64,000 nucleotides of DNA from Bacteroidales bacterium. Lineage in GTDB: Bacteria > Bacteroidota > Bacteroidia > Bacteroidales > JAFGXI01. Location of the stretch: positions 86,648 through 150,647 of the forward strand of contig JAFGXI010000009.1 of NCBI GenBank assembly GCA_016936665.1, in the 5' to 3' direction. Shown in pieces: positions 1 to 8,791 of the stretch; the stretch's first letter is position 1, and each line of letters opens with the position of its first letter. The notes under the pieces are model-generated. The model had not been told where the DNA came from. It ran no database searches and saw nothing but the letters and a program-made list of their open reading frames with translations. The position numbers and the translations under genes are program-made.

Positions 1-478
1 TTTTTTCGGAAAGTTGCTGTCCAATAACGGTGTTTGTGTGCGGAGGACCATCGGTTAAGATCGCATCTACAGGATAATCTTTTAGATATTTAGTTAAATA
101 TTTTACAGTTGGTTTTATCCATAAAAAACGTGCGTCAGGAATAAATAGGTTGCCTCTAGCCCAGATTGAAAGCTGATCTAATAGCCCTGCATTATTTTGT
201 CTTACATACACCGGATTTGTTTTATCGGCTTGTTTTCGCCCGGTAAATAGCCTGAACAAACCAAAAGGTTCAACGATGGGCAACCTAATCACTTTAACCC
301 CTTCCGGGATATCTTTTTCCAGATTAGGATCGATTTGCGCATAATCGGCGTTTTGAGGCACAACTACTATAGGCTCCCAACCAAAAGCTCGTAAGTACTT
401 AACAAACTTTAAGTTGCGCAACACTCCTACATTGCCAGATGGTGGCCAATAATACGATATGATAAGTACTTTTTTCAA
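1..478 (-). CDS. Glycosyltransferase (GT4-like), N-terminal part; gene runs off the left edge
   Basis: My own reverse translation from a TTG at 478..476 gives (M)KKVLIISYYWPPSGNVGVLRNLKFVKYLRAFGWEPIVVVPQNADYAQIDP...ILTDGPPHTNTVIGQQLSEK. The frame stays open to position 1. The N-terminus is typical of GT4/GT-B enzymes. It is not in the ORF track because it is truncated. Confidence 0.6.
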   Translation of the reverse strand, partial: MKKVLIISYYWPPSGNVGVLRNLKFVKYLRAFGWEPIVVVPQNADYAQIDPNLEKDIPEGVKVIRLPIVEPFGLFRLFTGRKQADKTNPVYVRQNNAGLLDQLSIWARGNLFIPDARFLWIKPTVKYLTKYLKDYPVDAILTDGPPHTNTVIGQQLSEK

Positions 479-501
479 AATTAACTTGGGCTAAACTAAA
501 T

Positions 502-529
502 AAAAAAAGCCAAACATTCGTTTGACTTT
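502..529 (-). terminator. Rho-independent terminator downstream of secG
   Basis: Hairpin AAAGCCAAAC-attc-GTTTGACTTT with one mismatch. On the minus strand it is followed by a U-run, the complement of the A7 tract at 502-508. Confidence 0.55.
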
Positions 530-552
530 ATATGCCTTATAATTGCTTTCAA

Positions 553-888
553 TTATTTTTTCTCTTCTGTTGCAGTTGGAGACGGTAATGCCGGTAATGT
601 TTGCTCTTCCCAGTTGCCTACGCGACTATCTAATCTCGACTGACTACCTTGCGCATCTGTATCAACTCTATTGATAGTCATACTTGTGGCAATGCTTAAT
701 AATACAATTGAAATTGATAAAACCCAAGTTGCTTTTTCTAAGAAATCTGTAGTTTTACGAACTCCTAACATCTGATTAGACGACTGAAAATTAGACGCTA
801 AACCTCCTCCTTTTGAGTTTTGTACTAAAACAATTAGTATCAATAAAACAGCTGCTATTAAGATTAATACTGTAAATAATACTCCCAT
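553..888 (-). CDS. secG: Preprotein translocase subunit SecG
   Basis: 111 aa with two TM helices and the conserved LVQNSKGGGLASNF motif. Confidence 0.85.
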   Translation of the reverse strand: MGVLFTVLILIAAVLLILIVLVQNSKGGGLASNFQSSNQMLGVRKTTDFLEKATWVLSISIVLLSIATSMTINRVDTDAQGSQSRLDSRVGNWEEQTLPALPSPTATEEKK

Positions 889-891
889 AAT

Positions 892-2178
892 TTATATTTT
901 TAATTGTAATTGCTTGATGTTTTCAATTTGACTTGCAAAATAACTATTTTTTTTCGGATATTTCAAACTTAATTTTACATATGCTTCGATGGCTTTTTCG
1001 TAATGCCCCTGCTGTATATAAATTTTTGCCAAAGTCTCAGTCATAAAATCCGATGGCGATGAGTTTTCTATTGTTTTCGAGACTTCATTAATATCATTGT
1101 TTTCTTTCGGACGGATGGTTTTAGGTCGCTTATCTTTTAAAAATTTTTCGATAATCTTTTCTTTATCAATGTGTTCAATTTCTTCATATTCGGGTTTTAT
1201 TGTAATTGGTTTTTTTTGTAAAAAGTTCAACCAATCTTCAAAGGAGTGCTTCTGAGTAGCCGATTTTATTTCACCTTTATTTTCATTTTGGGACTCTTCA
1301 TTAATCGTTTTTACACCGAGTTCACCGGAAAAATACTCAGCAGGAGGTGCCACATAAACCAAGTCTTCAATTTCTTCACTCAACGGAGTATGCTCATCTT
1401 CCCATTTTTGGGTTAGGAAAGCAAAACGATTTTCATCTGGGTTTGTTAATATTTGTTGTTGTTTTTCTACTATATCTTCCTTTTGCTCAAGATTTTCTGA
1501 AGATTTTGCGCTAGCATTATCCTCAACAAAAGTTTGAGAAGATGATTGAATTTCCTTTAAACGTTTGGCTAGTATTTCTGATGGACTTAAAGTTTCGACG
1601 GTTTCTTCTTGCTTATTATTTGTAGTTTCATTTTCTTCGAAAATATCAGTTAAATGAGGTTCTTCATCATTCTCCTGAATAACTAATTCCGCAATTATTT
1701 CGGAATCTACCTGCGTTACAAGCGGTAACTCTTCAGTGTTATCATCTATTTCATAATCTTGTTCTTCCTTTGGTGTAACGACCTTTTTGGATTCCTCTAT
1801 CGCATTAGTCTCAACCTTGATATCTGTATCATCATCAATTATTGGCTCTCCAATTTGAGCTGCTACATCTTTTTTTGCGTGCTCTACAACTTCAATAAGA
1901 ACTGGCGTTTCCTCTGCGTTAGGCAAAGTAACTGTTAATGATTGTATATCGTTTTTAATGTAATACAGCAATTGCCTTCTGTTTTGAATCTGAATGGCAG
2001 ATTGCTTGAGCTGGTCGTTGAAACGAAAATTATTTTGATTATATAAAGCCTTAAGATAAAGAAAATGAGCCGATTGGAAATACGGATATCGTTTTAGTAT
2101 CTCTTGCAAATCTGCAATATGAGATGCATTAAGCGATTCCGGATGGTCGATATATTGCTCAAATTCTTGAATATTCAT
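892..2178 (-). CDS. Hypothetical acidic protein with a C-terminal TPR-like motif
   Basis: 428 aa and rich in E/D/K. The C-terminus AKIYIQQGHYEKAIEAYVKLSLKYPKKNSYF looks like a TPR. It lies 3 nt upstream of secG, which suggests an operon. Confidence 0.5.
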   Translation of the reverse strand: MNIQEFEQYIDHPESLNASHIADLQEILKRYPYFQSAHFLYLKALYNQNNFRFNDQLKQSAIQIQNRRQLLYYIKNDIQSLTVTLPNAEETPVLIEVVEHAKKDVAAQIGEPIIDDDTDIKVETNAIEESKKVVTPKEEQDYEIDDNTEELPLVTQVDSEIIAELVIQENDEEPHLTDIFEENETTNNKQEETVETLSPSEILAKRLKEIQSSSQTFVEDNASAKSSENLEQKEDIVEKQQQILTNPDENRFAFLTQKWEDEHTPLSEEIEDLVYVAPPAEYFSGELGVKTINEESQNENKGEIKSATQKHSFEDWLNFLQKKPITIKPEYEEIEHIDKEKIIEKFLKDKRPKTIRPKENNDINEVSKTIENSSPSDFMTETLAKIYIQQGHYEKAIEAYVKLSLKYPKKNSYFASQIENIKQLQLKI

Positions 2179-2188
2179 ACTTTCTTTG

Positions 2189-2692
2189 TTACCAGTTTGC
2201 GGCAGACTTTAAAAAGATTTTTTCCATCAGTTTCTCTAAGATAGCACGATTCAGTTCTTCCTCCACAGAGGTAAAATCGCTATCGGCGTTGTAATCTTCA
2301 AAGTCGCTAAAGGTTTGACTGTAGCTTTGCTTATCGTCGATGTTGTTTTTAAACTCAACCTGTACACTGATGGTTAAGCGCATCATAGCGGCTTCGTTTT
2401 GCTGAATCGATACTGGAGTTAATGAGTATGCAGAAATGTAACCTTTAAACTCTAAGTCGCCTCCTGAGCTTACTAAACTCAATCCTGCATCGGATGTGAA
2501 TTTATCTTTTAAACTTTCTGTGAAATTTTGACTTAAACCGGGATTAACCAAACTGGATCTGTTATCGAAGTAATCGACCGAAACGGTTTTTACATCTGGC
2601 GATAATGATGCTCCGGTAAACGAATACCCAATTTTACACGACTGCCATGCCAAAACAGACACTAATAATATTAACAATTGCTTTACACGCAT
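2189..2692 (-). CDS. LptE-like LPS-assembly lipoprotein
   Basis: 167 aa. There is a lipoprotein signal with Cys (LAWQSCKIGYSFTGASL). Size and position between the sigma-54 activator and secG fit Bacteroidota LptE-family genes as I recall them. Confidence 0.55.
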   Translation of the reverse strand: MRVKQLLILLVSVLAWQSCKIGYSFTGASLSPDVKTVSVDYFDNRSSLVNPGLSQNFTESLKDKFTSDAGLSLVSSGGDLEFKGYISAYSLTPVSIQQNEAAMMRLTISVQVEFKNNIDDKQSYSQTFSDFEDYNADSDFTSVEEELNRAILEKLMEKIFLKSAANW

Positions 2693-2700
2693 ATTATTGA

Positions 2701-3921
2701 CTATTCTAATTCGTACTCTTTAATTTTTCTATAAAGTGTTCTTTCAGAAATACCCAAATCTTCCGCTGCTAATTTTCGCTTTCCGTTATGTTTATTAAGG
2801 GCTTTAATGATTAACTCTTTTTCTTTATCGGCTAATGATAACGACTCCTCAACAAATTCTTCTGTATCTTCAAATTGATCGATATCCTCCGATAGATAGG
2901 AAATATTTTGCTGATTGGAAATTGGTTTTTGATCGATATAGCTTACCTCTTTATACGAACTATGGTCGCGCATGTCTGCATTCGATGTTGGTTGACCGGA
3001 CATTAATTGAGCCACAACACGTTTTAAGTCAGACATATCATTTTTCATATCGAAAAGGATTTTATATAAAATCTCTCTTTCCGACTTAAATGTTTTCTCG
3101 TCGACAGTACCCTCATTAAAAATGGCTGGCAAACGACTGTTCTCTTGAGGTAAATACTTCAATAGTGTTTCTATTGAAATTTGTCTGTTTTGTTCTATAA
3201 TTGATATTTGCTCTGTAATATTTTTTAATTGTCGGATGTTTCCCGGCCATCGATAAGATTGCAAAGCAACAACAGCTTGATCGTCGAGCCTTAAAACCGG
3301 CATTCTGTATTTTTCGGCAAAATCTGCAGAAAATTTTCTGAACAAAATTGCCACATCCTCCTTTCGTTCTCTGAGAGGAGGAATGATAATAGGAACTGTA
3401 TTAAGCCTGTAATATAAATCTTCTCTGAACTTTCCATTTTTCACTGCTTCTGCAACATTAAGATTCGTTGCAGCAACTACGCGCACATTGGTCTTTTCGA
3501 CTACTGAAGATCCTACTTTCATAAATTCGCCTGTTTCGAGTACACGCAAAAGCCTTACTTGGGTTGATAATGGTAATTCACCAACCTCATCTAAAAAGAT
3601 GGTTCCTCCATTGGCCACCTCGAAATAACCTTTACGTTTATCTACAGCCCCTGTAAACGCCCCTTTTTCGTGCCCAAACAATTCAGAATCGATCGTCCCC
3701 TCTGGGATTGCGCCACAGTTAACAGCAACATATTGTGCATGTTTACGATGACTAAAACTATGAATAATCTGAGGGAATTTTTCTTTACCAACACCACTTT
3801 CGCCTGTTACTAGTACCGACAAATCAGTAGGCGCAACTTGGACAGCAACCTCAATCGCTCTATTAAATGCCGGCGTATTTCCTATAATATCGAATCTTTG
3901 TTTGATACTTTGAATATCCAT
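2701..3921 (-). CDS. Sigma-54-dependent transcriptional activator (AAA+ plus Fis-type HTH, no N-terminal sensor domain)
   Basis: Walker A GESGVGKE, the GAFTGA loop (EKGAFTGA), a Walker B-like FLDEVGEL motif and the C-terminal HTH LGISERTLYRKIKEY. The AAA+ core begins within about 10 residues of the start. Confidence 0.9.
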   Translation of the reverse strand: MDIQSIKQRFDIIGNTPAFNRAIEVAVQVAPTDLSVLVTGESGVGKEKFPQIIHSFSHRKHAQYVAVNCGAIPEGTIDSELFGHEKGAFTGAVDKRKGYFEVANGGTIFLDEVGELPLSTQVRLLRVLETGEFMKVGSSVVEKTNVRVVAATNLNVAEAVKNGKFREDLYYRLNTVPIIIPPLRERKEDVAILFRKFSADFAEKYRMPVLRLDDQAVVALQSYRWPGNIRQLKNITEQISIIEQNRQISIETLLKYLPQENSRLPAIFNEGTVDEKTFKSEREILYKILFDMKNDMSDLKRVVAQLMSGQPTSNADMRDHSSYKEVSYIDQKPISNQQNISYLSEDIDQFEDTEEFVEESLSLADKEKELIIKALNKHNGKRKLAAEDLGISERTLYRKIKEYELE

Positions 3922-4046
3922 AAAACTGAATCATTTAATTTTTTAAATTGATGTTGAACCTTTTATTCGGGTATTTACTAATCTGATAAAAGCAAAGATA
4001 CAATATTTTCATTTTGAGGGAATAAGAACACTGACAAAAAGACAGT

Positions 4047-4081
4047 AAAAAAGCTACTCTCTGTATTGCAAAAAGTAGCTT
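4047..4081 (-). terminator. Rho-independent terminator after 4104..4727
   Basis: AAGCTACT ... AGTAGCTT hairpin. On the minus strand it is followed by a U-run. Confidence 0.55.
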
Positions 4082-4103
4082 CTCTATATCGATTGATTGA
4101 AAT

Positions 4104-4727
4104 CTAATAATAATCTCCGCTTGGTTTTTTGGTCTTAAACGAAGATTTCTGAAACTCGTTCTTTCCTATAAATACGGCAACGCAAGAGCCTTCAGGGTTA
4201 GAATCCATTGGCATAATAACATAAACAAAGGCTCTTTGAGTTTTGCTAACGCGTTCTTTCCATTCGTTTGCTTTTTTATTGTCGAAAATTAAACGTTCGG
4301 CTGCAACACGTTCGCTATTCCAAATTGTATCTACTGTAAAAGATACCGATTCGACAATATAATCTCCTGTTTCGTTGTCGACAATAAAGTCGCCATACTC
4401 ATCCACCTTATAAGTTTTAGAGGTGTCTCTTCTAATTTCGGCGATCGATTTTTCTGTTTTTCTATAAGGTTCAACGATTTTCCAACTAACGCCTTCATGC
4501 TCAGAACAAACAGTAATATGGTATTCTTTATTTCCGTACAATACTGTTTTCACAGGAATTGTGTCGCCCGGGTACATAAATGCAAAAGCCGACTGAGAGC
4601 TGTAATCGTAATCGAGTAATTCTGCATCGCAATAACGATTATATTTATCGCAGCGTTGAGCTTCAGCACTTGTTGAATAAAAAATTGCAATGAGCCCAAG
4701 TATCCATAAATTCTTCATAACTTTCAT
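4104..4727 (-). CDS. Hypothetical secreted protein
   Basis: 207 aa with an N-terminal signal peptide (LIAIFYSTSAEAQ). I recognise no family. Confidence 0.5.
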   Translation of the reverse strand: MKVMKNLWILGLIAIFYSTSAEAQRCDKYNRYCDAELLDYDYSSQSAFAFMYPGDTIPVKTVLYGNKEYHITVCSEHEGVSWKIVEPYRKTEKSIAEIRRDTSKTYKVDEYGDFIVDNETGDYIVESVSFTVDTIWNSERVAAERLIFDNKKANEWKERVSKTQRAFVYVIMPMDSNPEGSCVAVFIGKNEFQKSSFKTKKPSGDYY

Positions 4728-4740
4728 TTTTTTCAGGTTC

Positions 4741-5577
4741 TTATTTTACAATTTGATTTCTTAAAGTTTTCACCTGTTCTTTTACCTCTCCGTATACTTC
4801 TTTGGTCATCAGTCCATCCTCAGACTCTGCCGATTTTTTAAATAACAAATCCAAAGAGTTAAGATCTTTTAGAATGGTATCGGCATATGCGTCGCTAACT
4901 TTAATTGCATTGAAAAATTCAATTAAATTTTCTAATAACAAGCCTTGATCGTTGATTCGCTCAGCAATTCCACTTTCCGGATTGAATTTTTTTACTGTTT
5001 GAGTAGCGATATACAAAGATTCTAACCAACCTCCATATACAATGTATGGCAACACTTCTGTTCTGCCTTGCGATTGTAAAAATGTCAACGTTTTCGAATA
5101 AGAATCGCTGGTGATACGATAAAGAGAGTCGCTGTTTTCAATATTTTTATCTATTCTTTCCAAAATAGATTGATCGAAACCTTCAGTTAAACCTAAATCT
5201 TCAGCTAACTTTTTAGTTGCCGAAAACAAGTTCATAGTTTCTTGGTTTTTATCGTAAACTGTACAATACGCTAAATCGGCAGAGTAAATACCTAAATTGA
5301 GCGATTTCTTTTTGGAATCAACGTATTTATCTACATTCTCGATTGGGTTTAAATGCGTGTTATAAAATGGAGCACCATCTTCCCACATAAACATAAACAT
5401 TTCTACCGGAGAAGGAAGCTGATAAAATTGTTGAGGTATTTTTGTATCGTCAAGCTGGATTTCTTGAATGACGCTTTCATCATCTATTAGTTGGTTCTCA
5501 TCTCCCGAACCACTACAAGCCCAAAAAGCCGAAAAAGCAAATAAGCTTATAAAGTAAAAAATTCGATTGTTTTTCAT
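4741..5577 (-). CDS. Hypothetical lipoprotein
   Basis: 278 aa with a lipobox-like FSAFWACSGSG. Confidence 0.5.
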   Translation of the reverse strand: MKNNRIFYFISLFAFSAFWACSGSGDENQLIDDESVIQEIQLDDTKIPQQFYQLPSPVEMFMFMWEDGAPFYNTHLNPIENVDKYVDSKKKSLNLGIYSADLAYCTVYDKNQETMNLFSATKKLAEDLGLTEGFDQSILERIDKNIENSDSLYRITSDSYSKTLTFLQSQGRTEVLPYIVYGGWLESLYIATQTVKKFNPESGIAERINDQGLLLENLIEFFNAIKVSDAYADTILKDLNSLDLLFKKSAESEDGLMTKEVYGEVKEQVKTLRNQIVK

Positions 5578-5707
5578 GAGTTTTTATTGTTAAATAACAA
5601 ATCAAAATTATCGATTAAATCAATTATTACCAAAATATATTGCGAATCTTTTGTCAAATCTAAATTATTGACTTCAAAAATGTAACTTTGTCGCATAAAT
5701 TAATACT

Positions 5708-6391
5708 ATGAGTTACATCTTAAACATAGAAACATCGACTCATATTTGCTCGGTATCGCTTTCTAAAAACGGGCAATTGATCGAACTTGAAGAAAGCCAT
5801 GAAGACAAAACTCACGCCGAACTTTTAACTGTATTTATCGATGATGTTCTTAAAAGAGCAGGTATAAAGGCCAACGAACTCTCTGCAGTTGCCGTTTGCG
5901 AAGGCCCCGGTTCTTATACGAGCTTAAGAATTGGAGCCTCTGTTGCTAAAGGAATTTGTTATGGTTTAAATATTCCTCTAATTGCCATTCCTTCTTTGAA
6001 AAGTATGGCTTATGGAGCCTCTCAAAAATACCCCGACCAATTACTTTGCCCAATGATTGACGCCCGCAGAATGGAAGTGTACACTGCTCTCTATCGAAAT
6101 ACCCTTGAAATTATGCAAGAAACTCATGCTTTAGTTGTTGACGAAACAAGTTTTTCTGAAATTTTAAAGTCCCAAAAAGTTTTGTTTTTTGGAACAGGAG
6201 CCGAAAAATGCAAACAAACAATTACTCACGAAAATGCTACCTTTGTCAACGACTCTTTTGTTTCTTCTCAACATATGGTTACCTTATCTTACGAAAGTTT
6301 TTTAAACCAATTTTTTGTTGATACTGCATATTTCGAACCATTTTATTTGAAAGAGTTCATTGCCGTAAAGTCGCAAAAATCATTCTTTTAA
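5708..6391 (+). CDS. tsaB: tRNA N6-threonylcarbamoyladenosine biosynthesis protein TsaB
   Basis: ILNIETSTHICSVSL and GPGSYTSLRIGASVAKG motifs in a 227-aa protein. A TAACTTTG -7 box sits at 5683..5690. Confidence 0.85.
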   Translation: MSYILNIETSTHICSVSLSKNGQLIELEESHEDKTHAELLTVFIDDVLKRAGIKANELSAVAVCEGPGSYTSLRIGASVAKGICYGLNIPLIAIPSLKSMAYGASQKYPDQLLCPMIDARRMEVYTALYRNTLEIMQETHALVVDETSFSEILKSQKVLFFGTGAEKCKQTITHENATFVNDSFVSSQHMVTLSYESFLNQFFVDTAYFEPFYLKEFIAVKSQKSFF

Positions 6392-6829
6392 AATATCTTT
6401 ATTTTCGAGTATAAAGTTTTCTAAAGCTAGCATATGCTTAAAGAAAAATTGAAAGATTAACGGCCAATTATCTTTATTTTTAAAGCTTAGATCGTTAAGC
6501 TGATAATAATATCTGTACACATATTTATCGCCGGCGAGAAACAGGTCTTGTTCTTCGAGTTTAAAGTCAGTTTTATCTTTTAATTCATCCTTCAGTAAAT
6601 TAATTTTCTCGATGTAACTATTAGATATTGATTGTCTGAGATCTATTTCGATAGTTGTTAAACACGATTTTTCTTCTAAATCGAATTTTAATTCTATCCC
6701 TTTAATATCTGTTTTATATAGTAACCATTTTTTATCGAGTCCCTTTTTTTGTCTTTTTCGTTGGGAATAAATACCAAACTTAGTCCAGAAATCGACTTTT
6801 AACTGCTTAAATTCTTCTTTAGAATACAT
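6380..6829 (-). CDS. Hypothetical protein
   Basis: 149-aa ORF, convergent with tsaB and overlapping it by 12 nt. No motif recognised. Confidence 0.45.
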   Translation of the reverse strand: MYSKEEFKQLKVDFWTKFGIYSQRKRQKKGLDKKWLLYKTDIKGIELKFDLEEKSCLTTIEIDLRQSISNSYIEKINLLKDELKDKTDFKLEEQDLFLAGDKYVYRYYYQLNDLSFKNKDNWPLIFQFFFKHMLALENFILENKDILKE

Positions 6830-6896
6830 CGGATAAATTAAAAAAAAGACTATCCGCAGAAACTACAGACAGTCTTAATTTATTACTTAAATATTT

Positions 6897-7553
6897 TTAC
6901 AGATCCATTTCTGGTATTTCGCCTTCAACAATAAGCTTACCTTCTGTTTTCGAGACAATTTCCTCTACAGAGACACCCGGAGCTCTTTCTAACAACTTGA
7001 AGCCATCCTGTGTAACTTCGATTAACGCCAAGTCGGTAACAATTTTTTTAACACAACTTACACCTGTTAGCGGCAAAGTACACTTTTTAAGCAGTTTAGA
7101 TTGGCCATCTCTGTCGGTATGAGTGGTTGCTACTATAATATTCTTTGCCGAGGCAACAAGATCCATTGCGCCCCCCATACCTTTGACCATTTTACCAGGT
7201 ATTTTCCAACTGGCAATATCTCCTTTTTCCGAAACCTCAAAAGCACCCAAAACAGTTAAATCGACATGTCCGCCACGAATCATTCCAAAGCTAGTAGCAG
7301 AATCGAAAAAAGCAGCACCCGGAATCGCAGTTACAGTTTGTTTTCCTGCGTTAATCAAGTTAGAGTCGGCTTTTCCTTTTTCAGGAAAAGGACCTATGCC
7401 GAGAAGTCCATTTTCGGATTGTAAAATTACCTCAACACCTTCAGGAATATAATTGGCAACTAAAGTCGGAATCCCAATCCCTAAGTTTACATAAAATCCA
7501 TCTTGTAATTCTCTAGCTATTCTTTTAGCTATACCATTTTTATCTAAAGCCAT
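6897..7553 (-). CDS. scoB: 3-oxoacid CoA-transferase subunit B
   Basis: 218 aa. Contains the SENGLLG motif that carries the catalytic Glu region, and it is adjacent to subunit A. Confidence 0.85.
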   Translation of the reverse strand: MALDKNGIAKRIARELQDGFYVNLGIGIPTLVANYIPEGVEVILQSENGLLGIGPFPEKGKADSNLINAGKQTVTAIPGAAFFDSATSFGMIRGGHVDLTVLGAFEVSEKGDIASWKIPGKMVKGMGGAMDLVASAKNIIVATTHTDRDGQSKLLKKCTLPLTGVSCVKKIVTDLALIEVTQDGFKLLERAPGVSVEEIVSKTEGKLIVEGEIPEMDL

Positions 7554-7574
7554 AATGTTTTAAATTAGAGTTGG

Positions 7575-8267
7575 TTATTGTTTTTCGGTTACAAATTCGA
7601 TTCGTTTTTCAAAAAGCTCGCCTTTGAATACTCTTTGAACAAAAATACCGGGCGTATGAACATGATTAGGATCTATCTCACCAACAGGAACAATTTCTTC
7701 GACTTCTGCAATTGTAATTTTACCCGCAGCAGCCATCATATTATTAAAATTGTTCGCTGTATCGCGATACACTAAATTACCATAAGCATCGGCTTTCCAT
7801 GCTTTAACGATAGCGAAATCGGCTGTAAGAGCATGTTCAAGCAAATGCATTTTACCATTAAACTCGCGTACCTCTTTGCCTTCTGCTACTTCGGTTCCGT
7901 AACCTGCAGGCACAAAAAATGCTGGAATCCCTTCCCCACCGGCTCTTACTCTTTCTGCTAAAGTTCCTTGCGGATTTAACTCTACTTCCAACTCTCCACT
8001 TAATAGTTGACGTTCAAATTCTTTATTTTCTCCTACATAAGAAGAAATCATTTTTTTAATTTGATGTTTTCTTAAAAGCAGACCTAAACCAAAATCATCG
8101 ACTCCTGCATTATTAGAAATACATGTAAGACCAGTTACATCGCTAGCAACCAATGCTTTTAAAGCATTTTCCGGAATACCGCACAAACCAAAGCCTCCTA
8201 ACATAAGCGTCATTCCATTCTCAATGCCTTTTATAGCTTCTTCTGCGCTATTAACAATTTTATTCAT
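7575..8267 (-). CDS. scoA: 3-oxoacid CoA-transferase subunit A
   Basis: [33 protein letters not shown] is a typical subunit A N-terminus. I trimmed the TTG-initiated extension in the ORF track (8306) back to the ATG at 8267. Confidence 0.85.
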   Translation of the reverse strand: MNKIVNSAEEAIKGIENGMTLMLGGFGLCGIPENALKALVASDVTGLTCISNNAGVDDFGLGLLLRKHQIKKMISSYVGENKEFERQLLSGELEVELNPQGTLAERVRAGGEGIPAFFVPAGYGTEVAEGKEVREFNGKMHLLEHALTADFAIVKAWKADAYGNLVYRDTANNFNNMMAAAGKITIAEVEEIVPVGEIDPNHVHTPGIFVQRVFKGELFEKRIEFVTEKQ

Positions 8268-8516
8268 TATTTGGAATATTAGTAGTTTAAAATTCAATGG
8301 TACCAAAGTTATTTAAAAAATAAGATATATGGATGTTTTAAACCTTTTAAACTATACTAAAAGATCTGATTTAATGCTTAATAATTTGTATTTCAAATAC
8401 TTACATCAATTGCTGTAATAAATGATTAATTTTACCACTTATTAGAGAATATCGACCAAATATAAATCCATATATCCCGACAGCATATTAACTGAATAAA
8501 ATGAGAAATTAGTCTT

Positions 8517-8524
8517 TATCTTTG
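8517..8524 (+). promoter_or_regulatory. Candidate Bacteroidota -7 promoter box (TATCTTTG) with no ORF downstream
   Basis: Matches the TAnnTTTG consensus. The next 190 nt contain no ORF of 60 aa or more and end in a terminator. Confidence 0.3.
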
Positions 8525-8530
8525 AAATGT

Positions 8531-8715
8531 GTTTTTTGAAATGAATGAATGCAATTGTCAGCAGTAGTTGTTCTTTAAAAAATGTGAGGATGTCCTTTTT
8601 CATAGCAGTTTCCAATTAAAGCCTCACGTTAATAGTCCGTCAAACCAAACAGATAACAAATTTAGGCTGACAACTAACAAAAGCAATCCACCGCAGGGTT
8701 GCTTTTGTGTTTTTA
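8531..8715 (+). ncRNA. Candidate small RNA or cis-regulatory leader, family unknown
   Basis: Nested complementary segments TTGTCAGC (8555-8562)/GCTGACAA (8666-8673) and GTGAGG (8584-8589)/CCTCAC (8622-8627). They are followed by the hairpin AGCAATCC-accgca-GGGTTGCT and then TTTTGTGTTTTT (8681-8715). Confidence 0.3.
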
Positions 8716-8764
8716 AAGTATTTAATAATCTGTATATTTAACCTTAGATTTCTACATTTATTCC

Positions 8765-8772
8765 TACTTTTG
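8765..8772 (+). promoter_or_regulatory. -7 promoter box (TACTTTTG) for methionine gamma-lyase
   Basis: TAnnTTTG match 20 nt upstream of the ATG at 8792. Confidence 0.4.
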
Positions 8773-8791
8773 TTTCCAAAATATTAATACA

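Noticed and set aside
2835-3089. Short ORFs in the track that lie wholly inside, and mostly antisense to, long well-supported genes. Examples: 2835..3089, 7123..7452, 7578..7775, 10902..11132, 13728..13937, 14415..14618, 15109..15405, 17453..17665, 21300..21638, 21770..22015, 28572..28754, 33599..33841, 34600..34833, 35701..35907, 35798..35989, 44285..44571, 46349..46662, 49020..49211, 54614..54844, 56046..56399, 57879..58079
   Set aside because: These are shadow ORFs on the opposite strand or in an alternative frame of genes with clear family motifs. Their translations are low-complexity or biased, and they have no independent start context.
8268-8306. N-terminal extensions in the track that begin at TTG/GTG codons (scoA 8306, BNR protein 15471, helicase 51192, cysH 61274, epimerase 61888, 133-aa protein 41494)
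   Set aside because: In each case a downstream ATG gives the canonical family N-terminus or signal peptide and removes an overlap with a neighbour. I trimmed the coordinates accordingly.
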